Shown here: piece by piece, positions 1-12,735 of the stretch
How the letters are laid out: every line of letters begins with the position of its first letter
Position numbering within the stretch: the first letter of the stretch is position 1
DNA from: Sporopachydermia quercuum
Lineage: Eukaryota
DNA: 64,000 nt
Direction: 5' to 3'
Assembly (NCBI GenBank): GCA_001599295.1
Contig: BCGN01000002.1
Span: 1,364,001 to 1,428,000, forward strand
The notes under the pieces: generated by a model
Seen by the model: only the letters and a program-made list of their open reading frames with translations
What the model was told of the DNA's origin: nothing
The model's database searches: none
Position numbers and translations under genes: made by a program

Positions 1-79
1 AAAGCATTGTTATCGCTACTAAGTGAACGTACAAACCATTCATGCTATTTCTTCTTTGCTACCTAGACTCGCAGCAATT

Positions 80-1894
80 ATGACACATTCAATTCTACTA
101 CAAACAATCCTGATATGCTGCCTGTTAAGGCTGGGTCTTTCATTTCCTGTCGATTTGAGGTCTATTTTGTCGGAAACGTTTTCTGCTTTGGACCATCCTT
201 TTCTCTCATACTCCAACGATAAAGAGCCTATTGAGACAGATCTCACGGGACGAAAGATAGCATCATTCTCATCTCCACGCAAACTGAAAGGAAGGTTTCT
301 GCATATAACTGGTAAGTCAATTCGAATTTTGCATTTATAAATATCTTAATATTTCTGAGAAGACTGGTACTAACNGAATGTGAAAACAGATATTCACCCT
401 GACCCTTACTACTTGGCAAACACTAATACTAACGACGAAGAGTTATGTCATTTTGGCAAAGGAGATGCAGGCGAATTCGGAACACCCCTTTCAGGATGTG
501 ATGCGCCGTATTCATTAGTCAATGGCACCTTTGATTGGATCAAGGAAAACTTGGCTGATGAGATTGACTTTATTGTGTGGACAGGCGACAATGCTCGTCA
601 TGATAACGATAGACGTCTTCCGCGTAACTCTGCACAAATCATCCAACTGAACAAGTTTATTGCCAGCAAATTTGAATCAGTTTTCGCAAATCCTGTTACA
701 GGCTTATTGGATATACCTATAGTCCCTAATATTGGAAATAATGACGTTTTCCCTCATAATGTGATGTCTGAGGGACCATCTAAATTAACAAGACAACTTT
801 ACTCTGTATGGAATAGATTTCTACCACAAGAACAGTTTCATATCTTTGAGATCGGTGGGTATTTTGTTTCGGAAGTTGTTCCAAACCAGTTAGCTATCAT
901 TTCGCTAAATACTCTTTACTTTTATAAGCAGAACCCTTTTGTCGACAATTGTGATGAAAAATCACAACCGGGCAGAAAGCAATTTGAATGGTTAGGATTG
1001 ACATTAGAAGCACTACGGAAAAGAGGAATGAAAGCTTGGGTAATTGGCCATGTTCCGCCCGTACCAAAGAATTATGACCAGTCATGTCTGAGAAAGTACA
1101 CATTATGGATGACAGAGTTTTCTGATGTTGTAGTTGGTTCAATTTTTGGTCATATGAATGTTGATCATTTCGTACCATTAGATGGTATCCAAGCCTATGA
1201 CTTAAGAGTCAATCCTATTCATCGAGGCAAAGGGGAGAATGGAACTCACGATGGCGATGATGATGATGACGATGATAGTGACGACGCTGAAAATAAAATG
1301 TCTATTGAAGATAAAGACTTGCTCACGTTAAAGCCCCTTCAAGCTGGAATGGATTATTTTGACGATTTGTTAAAGTCATTCAAGAGGATAGACATAAATG
1401 AACTTTTGGCACCTAGAAGCTCGCAGTTTGCTGTAACTATAGTCTCACCATCTGTTGTTCCTAACTTCTATCCTTCTCTGAGAGTTTACGAATATAACAT
1501 TACAGATGTTAAAGAGCAAACAGAACAATTCGAACCTTGGGCGAGGGTTTATGACAAGTTCGAAGAAACTGCCAAAAAGAAAGATATATCTGAACCACCA
1601 TTACGGAGGTTAAACGAAACATTTGGTGCTAATGGGTTTGGTCCAGGGTACGAAGAACAGACTTGGACTGCAACAAGGTATATACAATACTACGCCAATC
1701 TAACTGACAATACCGATTACCAAGTTGAGTACTCATCAGATGTCTCACCTTACAATATGAAGTCTCTGATAGTGGAAGAATGGATAAAACTTGCTGAACG
1801 GATAGTAAAAGATGAGGATTTATGGGATGCATTCGTGCAACGAGCTTTCGTTAATACTGGATTTCACGAATCAAATGAGTTTTTAGATGTATGA
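80..1894 (+). CDS. PPN1: Vacuolar endopolyphosphatase (metallophosphoesterase); exons 80-311, 390-1894
   Basis: Splicing intron 312-389 (GTAAGT..TACTAAC..CAG) rebuilds GRFLHITD-IHPD; motifs WTGDNARHD, IGNNDVFPHN, GHVPP, FGHMNVDHF; hydrophobic N-terminal anchor. Confidence 0.93.
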
Positions 1895-2253
1895 TACATA
1901 GTTTGGTCATTCTATGTCCGTTTTGAAATGAAACAATTTACGAATGACAACTCAAGTACTTAACGTAGGTTCTGAAGTGAAAATAGAAGATGGGTACATA
2001 ATAAGTAGGTGATGGGTGGAGTACAACAATGAGTAAATGGTTTGCTGTTAACATTGTCTCTGGGAAAAAACACAAACTCTTACCCCAATGCTTACAAGCT
2101 GATGCCCAAGTGAACCTCAAATACACTAGGAATTCTCCTCATTGCACGCACTTATGTTCATTGTATAATGTATCGTTGAGTTTATAATTATCATTTATTT
2201 TTCAAAATATAACAAATGGTTTTACCAAATCTATTTGATGAGAGTTAAACCAT

Positions 2254-2804
2254 TTATTTCTTCTTGGTGACACCCACGGTCTTACCTCTTCTACTAGTGG
2301 TCTTGGTGTGTTGACCTCTGACTTTAAGTCCCCAGTAATGTCTGATACCTCTGTGAGCTCTGATCTTCTTAAGTCTTTCCAAATCATCACGGAGCTTGGA
2401 TTCTAATTGATTGGCAAGGGAGTGGGTATCCTTTCCATCGGTGAAATCTCTTTGACGGTTCAAGAACCAAGCGGGAATCTTGTATTGAGTAGGATTTTGC
2501 ATAATGGTAACAACTCTTTCCAATTCTTCTTGGGTCAATTCACCAGCTCTCTTGTTGAGATCAACATCAGCCTTCTTGCAGACCAAGTTGGCATAACGAC
2601 GACCGACACCACGAATAGTGGTCAAGGCGTACATAACCTTGATTCTACCGTCAACGTTGGTGTTGAGGAGACTAGAGACAAGTTAGAATGGTTGCTTCTA
2701 CTGCAAAAAATATGAAATCCATCGCATCCTTCTGTTTTATAGAAACCTTTGACATACCGTAAAATGTGTTGGAAAGAACCGTCTTCAGTAACAACGAGAG
2801 ACAT
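2254..2804 (-). CDS. RPS18: 40S ribosomal protein S18 (uS13); exons 2804-2758, 2671-2254
   Basis: [19 protein letters not shown] joined across intron 2757-2672 (GTATGT..TTCTAAC..TAG); C-terminal [20 protein letters not shown]. Confidence 0.97.
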
Positions 2805-3122
2805 TTTGCTGATATATTATTGTCTTTAATGATTAATTATAACCTATAAAGATGATGCTTCAGAAGAAATATATATCGACTATACCTGTACTTGTATTTT
2901 GCAAGATACTTAGATACAATAAGGTCATATCAAATTCAATATACTACAAGAGCCGTTGTGTCAGACTGAGTTGGTAGGCCACCAGGCTTTCCACAGCGTG
3001 TGCGTGGATTTCGATGTTGGTGCTACGAACTGAAAATTAATGTGATGTTTCATAAGTTGTGCTTCTGTTTCAAGCCTCAGCGTAATTACTGGAACAAAAT
3101 AGTACTGTGACCCCAAGTTAAG

Positions 3123-3143
3123 CACGTGACATTAAAGCCCTAA
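3123..3143. promoter_or_regulatory. Adjacent Cbf1 (GTCACGTG on the minus strand) and Tbf1-like (AGCCCTAA) sites in the RPS18 promoter
   Basis: CACGTGAC at 3123-3130 and AGCCCTAA at 3136-3143, about 320 bp upstream of the RPS18 ATG. Confidence 0.55.
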
Positions 3144-3805
3144 ATTGTGATGTGATTGGGATCTGAACCGGAACTGCAAACAGTGAGAGTACTAACTGCT
3201 CACCTGTTCGATTTGCTTCGGAGGATGTTTACATCAAAGATAGGTACTTTATTATTTATTGTCCTTAATGTACTGAATATTATCCCGTAAGTTATATTGA
3301 TTCAACTTGTTTCCTGCATTGTGTTTACTCAATTTCTTCGGTAAAGTAAGTTTGAGGTGGAATATCTTAGAAACTTAAGGTTGAAAAATGGATGTAAAAT
3401 GACGTAAGTGTACAGCTTCTTTATTACCCCAGATTTCGAACAAAGCGGTGACCTCAACATTTTTCTGATGATAAATAAACCTGGCATGAGCGGAGAATTG
3501 TCGCAACCAACTAAGCCCACTGACAACCAATGAAAAGGAACGGGACGTTTGCTGAATATTAACAGTAAACAATCATTAACTAGAAATATTGCTGTTACAT
3601 AAGTAGAATTTTTATTTGAATATTATATATACTACATAACTTTTAAGAAAAGAAATAACAATTATTGACATATCAAATTCTTTATCATCTATTAATCCAC
3701 ACTCACAATCCTTGTTTGACCCCATTATAACGCATAATTATAATATAATTCATCTATTATCTTCATAATCTATAGTTCATAAATGTATTCATACTCATAG
3801 CAATT

Positions 3806-5455
3806 TTAGTTTACACCACCAGTAGCACCAGAGGAACCATCTTCAGCAATGAAATCAGTTCTGACAGCACACATCCAAATTCTTGTTTTATATACTCTAA
3901 ACAGTTCTTTCACCAATCCTCTAAAATCCACTCTACCACGTCCAAAATTCACGTAAAAAAATGTCAGTTTTCTCCTATCAAACTGATACTCCGCATCTAC
4001 CACCTTCATAGACATTAATCCCAATTCACGAATTTTCAAATTAGCAATTCCAACCGAATGAGCTTCATCAGAAACCTTAGACGGGAATAGACCCAATTCA
4101 TTAGGTTGAGCNAAACGAAGGATTTGCTTCGGTACTAGAACACTAGGTGGTGGCGATAAGGAAATGTCTCCTGAGCCAGCTGTTGATGATGAACCAGGTG
4201 GTGGACCGGTAGTTTTTGATAAAGCAATTTGTTGATCTTGATGTTGCTTCAGTTTCAATAATCGGGCCTCATCCAAAGTAAGTGTACGAAGCACTTTCCC
4301 TAAATCTTGCCCTCTATCAGCATCAACAATAACTATGTCGTTAGGTTTAATCAGAAGATTGGAAGATGATGATGAAAAGAAAACATCAAGTCTTCCCCCT
4401 TTGAATACTAACAGATATAATTGCTGGGCAGGGATTGAAAGTTGAATCATGGAAAGCATGGGAATTGTTCCCTTTTCGAGTTCCAAAGCAGCTTTGTTAA
4501 ATGAAGCCAGTTCATTATCACCTCTGGGTGAATGGAAATATGAATCTGCTTGTTTATACAATGTTTGAAGGCGAGGCCCAGTAAGAATATGAGTATTTTG
4601 AACAATAAGTCCATTATCCAAAGCAATAATATGTTGATTGGTGGAATCGTTTCCTACTGCTAAATTTGATGATTGCTGGTATAACATTTGTTCAGTAGGA
4701 ATAGAATGTCGACGTGATTGTGCTTGAGGAATATCCAAAACAGATGAAAGACTGTTATTGATAAAACCACCATTACTGTTAATATCTTGTGTGGGATTAA
4801 ATTGCGGTGAAAGGAAGGAAGGAAATTTGGTTGACCAGATATCCTGGGTTTCATTCTTATTAATACTTCTAATCTGCTGATCATTACTTCCTCTTCCCTG
4901 TTGTAAATCTGGCAAATCTAAATTTCCAGTACCGTCGTTATAAGTATTGCCATTGCTGTAGTTAGATCCTAAATTCCTTGGGGTAGGATTTGGGTTCAAC
5001 ATTAAAGGTGTAATATAGTTGTACTGATGGTCAAGTAATTGATTATTAGGAGATGTAGCAAATTGGTTATTCAAGCCTGGTGATACCGTTGGAGACAAAG
5101 AAGATGGTGACATAGATCCATTATCTGCAAACCCCATTTGATTGTATGAATCAAATGCATCTAATTCTTGTTGTGTACCAGTTAACTTTTGTCTTGCTGA
5201 AAACTCAGCAGCGAATGATGGTCGGCGAGACGAGACAATGGAAACACCACCTTGAAGCTCAGTCGGGAGAAATGATGAGTTGAAGTTCAATAGATCCGAT
5301 GGTAGATAGTTTGATTGTGAAGCTAATGATGTTGATGAAGGCTGTGATGAAGGCTGTGATGAAGGCTGTGATGAAGGCTGTGATGATGGAGGATGTGCAT
5401 CAAAAGTATGTGGTGGAGGTTGATTGTAATTGTTGAACATTGTTGAATTCGACAT
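3806..5455 (-). CDS. PSP1: PSP1 C-terminal domain protein with an N/Q/S-rich N-terminus
   Basis: LVFKGGRLDVF, DIVIVDADRGQDLGKV, KVVDAEYQFDRRKLTFFY, RVDFRGLVKELFRVYKTRIWMCAV; first ATG at 5455 (the track start at 5488 is not ATG). Confidence 0.85.
   Translation of the reverse strand: MSNSTMFNNYNQPPPHTFDAHPPSSQPSSQPSSQPSSQPSSTSLASQSNYLPSDLLNFNSSFLPTELQGGVSIVSSRRPSFAAEFSARQKLTGTQQELDAFDSYNQMGFADNGSMSPSSLSPTVSPGLNNQFATSPNNQLLDHQYNYITPLMLNPNPTPRNLGSNYSNGNTYNDGTGNLDLPDLQQGRGSNDQQIRSINKNETQDIWSTKFPSFLSPQFNPTQDINSNGGFINNSLSSVLDIPQAQSRRHSIPTEQMLYQQSSNLAVGNDSTNQHIIALDNGLIVQNTHILTGPRLQTLYKQADSYFHSPRGDNELASFNKAALELEKGTIPMLSMIQLSIPAQQLYLLVFKGGRLDVFFSSSSSNLLIKPNDIVIVDADRGQDLGKVLRTLTLDEARLLKLKQHQDQQIALSKTTGPPPGSSSTAGSGDISLSPPPSVLVPKQILRXAQPNELGLFPSKVSDEAHSVGIANLKIRELGLMSMKVVDAEYQFDRRKLTFFYVNFGRGRVDFRGLVKELFRVYKTRIWMCAVRTDFIAEDGSSGATGGVN
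5334..5388 (-). repeat. 12-bp coding tandem repeat (SSQP)n in the PSP1-like gene
   Basis: (GATGAAGGCTGT) repeated about 4 times on the plus strand. Confidence 0.9.
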
Positions 5456-8400
5456 CGTTATGATGATTGTCAAGTTGTCTATATCCAAACTTGTTTAGGT
5501 CTGTCTTCTCGAGTAATCTTTCTGTATATATGATTGCAATATTTTTAATTATTTGGTATATCCTCTCCTAACTACTTCTTCTACCAAATTAAGTATTGAC
5601 TCTTTTCTATCTCTGGTCTTGAATTGTGTTGTGATTTATGTTGTATAACGCGATACAAATCAAATCAACAAATGTAGTGTGATACGAACCTTTAAATCAA
5701 GAATTCAATATCACTTAATGTAGTAAGAATAAAGAAATCAATAACCAAAGACAATTTATCTTTTATATATAGTTCCAGCCAATTAAACAATGAACAAGCA
5801 GTAGAGTTCTAAATAGAAGAAACTAAATAGTACTATAAAAACCCAAGTTTACAACTCGAGTTATCTATTACCTATCCCTTCTTTAAATTGTATTAAATGG
5901 TGACATGAGCTATTGTTAAACGTTAGCATATTTACCGTATACTTTTTCATGGGGATCACGTATGAACGTATGCGTAAAGCCAGTGAAACCATTCAAATAC
6001 ACTTTCGGGAGACTTGAGGTTCACGAGTATAAATATCATTTCAAGAGGTTCCTATTGATTAACCGAGTTGTTTGGTATCGAGAGGTGGATATTTATTTGA
6101 CTGGGATCTTGAAGTAGATTAGAGAAATAGAAGCAACAAGAAGATGATATTATAGATTGTTTGGTGTCTTGTCCATACCGTAACAAATGACGAATGATTT
6201 ATTGAAGTTTGTATGGTAGAATTTCCTAAAACCAGTGAGTTATATTTTACGTTCTAAAGATTCCTCTTGTTTCTAAGTAGAACAATTAAGTTTTCTAGAC
6301 AATTTGATAAACCCCAGGTTATGATAACTATGATGATGCTGATGATGATGTAGACTTTATTTACTCTCCAGTGTTAAATAACAGAAAGTCAATCTTACAA
6401 AGAGAGGTTGCTACTTAATCTCTCAGATTCTACCAAATATCAGAGCAATTTAAATTCATTTCATTATTCAATATCAGTAATATTGCAAAAGTTAGGATAC
6501 CGCAGTGAACATTTGTAGTCTGCACTCTCCTCTTTCCGATATATTCTAAACATTCTACTCCTTTCTCAATGAATGCACTTTTCATTTCTTCTAAGTCATC
6601 ATTATTCTGTATATCCATTGTTTGGTTCGATGTTTATTACTCTGTGGCAATGAGCTTCGGATGAGATATTTTACGTACAGAAAAGTATATGGACATGATG
6701 ACCAAATCCAATTCTACACGTCTTTAATTATAGACCCTTCAATTAGACTAAAGGGACAAACCATCAAGTCTCTTCACGTCTTTACGTATATTAGAGGGGT
6801 ACTTTCTCTTTTAACTAACTAAGCAAAGAGTAGAAATGATTTCATTCATATGAGGTATATCTCATATTCTTTATTCAATTTGATTTCTGCCAATAAAAAT
6901 ACAAAAGACAAACATTAAAAAAACACTGGCTATTTCATTGAATAATACTTCATTGAATCTTGATATAAATATTGACAATTAATTGTAAGGTCAATGGTAT
7001 TAAACTAGCAATAATTCATCCATCTCATTTATGTTTCAGTTGCCGAACTAATTTGATATAAGGTTACGTACGGGATTGAGTAATACATGAATGTTTCCTG
7101 TTTCAGGAACGCAACCATTTCGTTAATCGGCTTCTGTTATCAGTTGGATTTGACATAACAATTAATTGAACGATAAGCGAATGAAAATGATTGAGAAAGG
7201 TAATTGGGTAGGAGGAAGCTTGAATTCATTTGGATTCTTCTAAATATGGAAGCAGAGTTACCAAGTCTATTAGAATGGGACTGTCAGGTAGAATGTCAAC
7301 CGATCATGAGAAGAGTATATGTCGAACGGAGCTCAAAAAGTATTCATACTATTCCATCTGACTTTAAAGACCTACATAATTGATATTGTTCTTTCCAATA
7401 GTACTTCTAATAGATAACATCAAAGTATAACCAAAGCGGAATATCAACGATCAGTCAAACCAAGCCGTTTTCCACCAAACAGCTACTTATATGAGAAAAC
7501 AAAGTTTACAGTATTGTGCCTCTTTCTGTTTATTTTAAACACTATTTCGTTGTTAGATAAGACAGAAGTAGTGGAGAATTTTATACTATAGTTAAATGGA
7601 TATACCTCGTGATTTTGATGACATGTATGTAAGCTGTTATCATTCGAATAACTCATAGTCTTTCACTCCTTATGCTATTTCCCCACATTTCGTAAATCTT
7701 TAAAATAGTAGCATGCATAAAACCTGCATATTAATACATCCGGCAGATGATGAGGGAGAGGAGTGAGAGGTTGAAGTTTTCTTTATCTTTACATTTTAGA
7801 CACCTTGAGTGAGTTGAACAAAAGTTGTGATTTTATTCATCAAAAGAAGGCTGCACCAGTGAAATGTAGTCTTTGATAGGACTACTATCTCATTTTGACT
7901 CATAACTAAAGAATCAGACTTCCAGCGTTCACAATCAATCTTCCTTTCATTATCATAGTAACCATCAAATGTAATAAATAAAATAAAATAGACCCTTACA
8001 GATATATTGCTGTCCCATCTCCATGTTGCGATCTACTTCTGAATCATTCAAATACAAAAATTTAATAGGAAGTCACATATTTATTAGAGTGGTACTCCAG
8101 TTAAACAGTAACAATCTGATATCACTAAGTCCACAGAATAGAGAAAAATTAGGTACCAAAAGAATTTTTTGTCCTTTAACCAATTAAAAAATTTACATAG
8201 CAATTCCAAGATATTCTTTCGTCAAGAGTCATATTGGAACTACCTATCAAGGCAAAAGATAAGTAATTTGGTACGTTTCCTCATTCATTCATTCCCAGAA
8301 TCCATATTTATCCCAATGGATTTTAATGGTAATCAGCTAACTAGCGTCCTCTTTCTTGACAAAGGAATACATATGTCCCAACATTCTCCATCTTTCTTTC

Positions 8401-9380
8401 AGGTGGATGGTTTTACTTACGGCCTCCAAAACTGACCCAAAATGAAAGAAGTTCGATCAAACGGAGCTCATATTTCGTTTGAAAGCAATTCTTCACATGT
8501 CAAAATAGCTGATTGTTGGAGATATCATTCATATCTTTCCTTGTTCTAAAAAATCGTCTTCCTCTAAAATAGCTCACTGAACCACAGCCAATCTCTTCAT
8601 ACCTAAATCCATTCATATCAAACATCAAGCATTATTATCAATATACACGAATCCCCCTATCGTTTCTAATCGGCTTCCTTATATTATATTTATTCTCTCT
8701 TCTTTTCCAATGCTTTAACTCTCTTTCCCTAATGCACAAGGAGTGTCCCAAATCACATGTCCCTCTATTTTAAGGCCTTCACAGAGTATCAAAATAAGGA
8801 AAGAGTGATGGAAGAGTGTGAATATTCGAATTTTTGCGTAACGTAATGTCATGTAACAATAATATAATTAATGATAATAATAATACTAGTAGTGAACAGC
8901 TCGATATTAAAGTAAATTAAATAGCCTTGGTGTCAAAACTTTTTAGCATCAAGGATATATCCCACTCTAGTTGCTGAAGGAGGAGAGAAACTACTACAAA
9001 ACTCTGTTCTGTTCTGTCGGCCCTATTGTTAATGCTAGGTACGGAAAGCATTGTTATTCACTATCATTTACTGAAATATAAACAGACAAAGACCGAGTTT
9101 TTCTGGATTATTTTTCTGTTCCGTTTCTCAAAATCAGTTTATGATTTGATTGGATGGGATGTTATAAGTGTTGTTGATCAAAACGAAACGAAACTAGATA
9201 ATCATAGTGCCGTTTACTTACAGTCAAAGTAATGAGGATTTGAATTTCCTGTCCTTACACGAAACTAAACTGAAAGGATAATCAACAGTCATTTCCATGA
9301 AAAACAGGAGTTTTATTTTATGAAATAATAAAAGTATCTGCTTTTTGATAATAGATCATAGCCGTTGTTCGCTATTCAGA

Positions 9381-12128
9381 ATGTTTGCTTACTCGAAAAA
9401 AAATCAAAATCATGCTGTTGTTCAGGTTAGTTTTAATTCTCATTATTTTGAGCTTTACATTTTTAGGATTATCGTGTATGAGATCTATTTATATTGTCAT
9501 TATTACTAACTATTTTTTTATTACCATTATTATTAGCTGGCAGAATCCTACCACCAACTATATGATTTACTCAACTCACCTTTAAAAGATATTGGTGCTT
9601 ATAGCATCGTGAAACTAATAGGTGAAGGATCATTTGGTAAGGTTTATCTTGCACATCACAAATTAACCCGAAGCAAAGTAGTTTTAAAATCCGCTGATAA
9701 GTCTAATCCAAACATAATACGAGAGATTCATTATCACCGACAGTTCAAGTATGAGGGTATTTGCAAATTATACGAAGTCTTAGTGACAGAAACTTCTGTA
9801 TGGCTTGTCATGGAGTACTGCTCCAATAGTGAACTATATCATTACTTAGTCTCGAAAAGAAAGCTTAGTATACCGGAGACCAAGAAAATTTTCAGTCAGT
9901 TAGTTGCTGCTGTTGGTTATCTACATAGACAGGAATGTTCCCACCGGGACTTAAAGTTAGAAAATGTGTTACTAGACGGAGATATGAATGTCAAATTAAC
10001 AGATTTTGGATTTACTCGAGAATGCGATAAAGGATTACTTGAGACAATCTGTGGTACTACATCGTACATGGCACCCGAACTTTTAGAAGGCAACGGCTAT
10101 TATGGTCAAGAAATAGATATGTGGAGTTTAGGTGTGATTTTATATGCATTACTTACTGGCGAAATGCCATTTGATGATGAAAATGACGATGATGTTATAA
10201 CAAAATTAAGAATTTTGAACGAAGAGCCTAAATATCCAGAGTGGCTGGAAGAAGATGCTCGCAATCTAATAAAAAGTCTTTTATCGAAAAAGGCTCCTAG
10301 CAGGCCTAGTTACCTTGAAGTATTAAATTCTCCATTTTTACAACCAGAAGGAGCTAAACGACTTAAGGTACTTAATGAGCCACCTAAGCTTAACTTTGTA
10401 ACAAAACCTGAGCGTAATTTGTTAAGAAAAATGAGAAAAGCTCATATGGATACAGATAGAATAATGGACAGTGTTACAAATAATAAATGCGATTTCTATT
10501 CTACTATATGGTTCTTAATGTTGGAACGAGAAATTAAGTCTCTGAGAAGGAAAAAGCGAAAAGATGTGTCAAAAAGAAATGTTCATGCAGAAAATGAAAC
10601 GTCAGAAGTACAGAAAAAGTTTCAAAAATTCGATCTATCTGGAAAGGCTAAAATGGGATTCAGTCTATCAAATTCAGAAGACAATTCCAGCGTTTTTTCA
10701 GCAGTTAAGCAAACCATTGCATCACCATCGTTCAAAGATATATCAAGAATGAACAATCCTGCTAAACCTTTAATCAATTTTATAACCCGCGATTATGGAA
10801 AACAGGACGACCCAGAGAATAAAATCTCTCCTGAAGGTAAGCAAGAAAAAAAGTCTGAAGCCATTTCAGAAGTTCCAAGAGGTCAAACAATATCAGATGT
10901 AATGCATGATCAAGTTCATGAAGATATGGATCTCTCTCCAAAGAATACCCATGGTATAGATGAAGCTTCTTTAGATCCAAGAATAGAAAATGGTAATGGC
11001 ATTAATTCAACTTGCCCCTCAGAGTCCTTGCAATCAGCCACCAAATCAAGCCTTCTGAATCGTAGTAATGAAAACGTTTCAGATAATACATCGGTTGATG
11101 AAACTGCTAATCTTCCTCCAGGATCTGCTGTAAGCGTTAAAAGTATGAAAAGCAATCTATCATCAAGGGAAAAGTTCAAAATGAAATTTGATAGCATGAA
11201 ATTTTGGAAAAGTAAACACGGTAAGAAGAAAAACCGAAGAAGCAAAAGCGTCTCCAATTTGCCTTTGCATATCTCTAAGTTAACTGAAACCCCCGCTTTA
11301 AATCAACAGCCAACAGCGAGACCCAAATTAGGAAAGAATGAGAAATCGTCCTTAAGAGATCATGTAACAATGTCATTAGAAGGACTTGATAAGGCTTTGA
11401 CTCAGGAAAATGATCCTAATTTAATTAGCAATTCCATTATTGTAAACCAGGCTCCCAGTGATTTTGATAGTCTAATCCCAGGCCGCAGAACTCCCGACAG
11501 AACGTCTGATAGTACACCTTTATCTTATTTGAACTCTCGACCAATGGCTCAAGCAGACTCAAGATCAAGCCGCAGATCAGATTTATACAGTATAGATGAT
11601 ACATTTTCGGATTCTGGTTCAGAAGATGATAGATACAATGCTTTTCGCCGCAGATCATCCTCTCCAGCTATTTTATCTGCTAGAGGTCGTCCTATGTCTA
11701 TTATATCTCAAGTCTCTGAAATATCAGAAGCATCGCAAGTATCAGAACAATCAGAATTATCTGCTCTATCTCAGTCAACTTCAAATTCCCAGCCAAGTGT
11801 CTCCAATAGACCAACAAATGCTCTGTATGGTTCCTCTACATCATCTTCAACCAACAGAAGAGTCTTGAACTCACCAAGAGATACATTATACAATTTCAGA
11901 GCAATTTCCCCTGACAACTCAAACTTCAAACTTTTCCAAAAAAGTCATACCTTTGGACCAAATTATGCTGTATTTCCAGAAAACTCTCCATTGCCAACAA
12001 CACCTCCTTCTTCAATGAGATTCAAATATACGAAACCCTTGTCAAGCAGACAATTACAACAACAGCAGAATTCCAACCATAGCATTATTGAAGAGGAAGC
12101 TTCAATAAGCAGTGTTACCAGTGAATAG
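9381..12128 (+). CDS. Ser/Thr protein kinase, CAMK-like, similar to S. cerevisiae YPL150W; exons 9381-9425, 9537-12128
   Basis: Intron 9426-9536 (GTTAGT..TACTAAC..TAG) gives MFAYSKKNQNHAVVQ|LAESYHQLY..; IGEGSFGKVY, HRDLKLEN, DFGFTREC, YMAPE; long Ser-rich tail. Confidence 0.88.
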
Positions 12129-12735
12129 CCGTTACTCTTATTCTTTATAGCTACCTCAAACAATTAACTACCTTCTATGTACTCGTTATACATAGAATTT
12201 ATTCAATTCTCATTTATTCCTTGATTTTTCCTGTATGTCACGTGCTTATCTCATCTCATCTCATCCTACATCAAGTAAATATAATAAATGAATAACCTTC
12301 ATTCATAGACTAGTTAAATGATGATCATGTAATCATTTAAGAACCTTTCTTATGCATACATAGGATTCTCACATGCTTAAAGCGCAAGATGTATGAAGAG
12401 GGATCGAGATCAAATCATTTTTCTACTTCATATCAATATACAGAATGACTCCTCTGATAATGAATAACAAATAACGAAACCGCTATAATCGATTCAATCC
12501 AGTTTCCTAGTATTTTTGTTGAAGTTATACAGAACATTGTCGTACGTTGATACTTTCCAAACGCTTAAGTGGTCAAACAGATATACTATTTTATTCACCG
12601 AAAGACTGTGAATACTTCTATATCACATAAATCAGTTAGTTTGCATTTTAAAACATTGACATGAGAATACGCTAGCTAGTTGTTCTGAAATTGTATTAGA
12701 ATTCAGAAACTCCTAAATTTGGTGCAAACAGCAGC

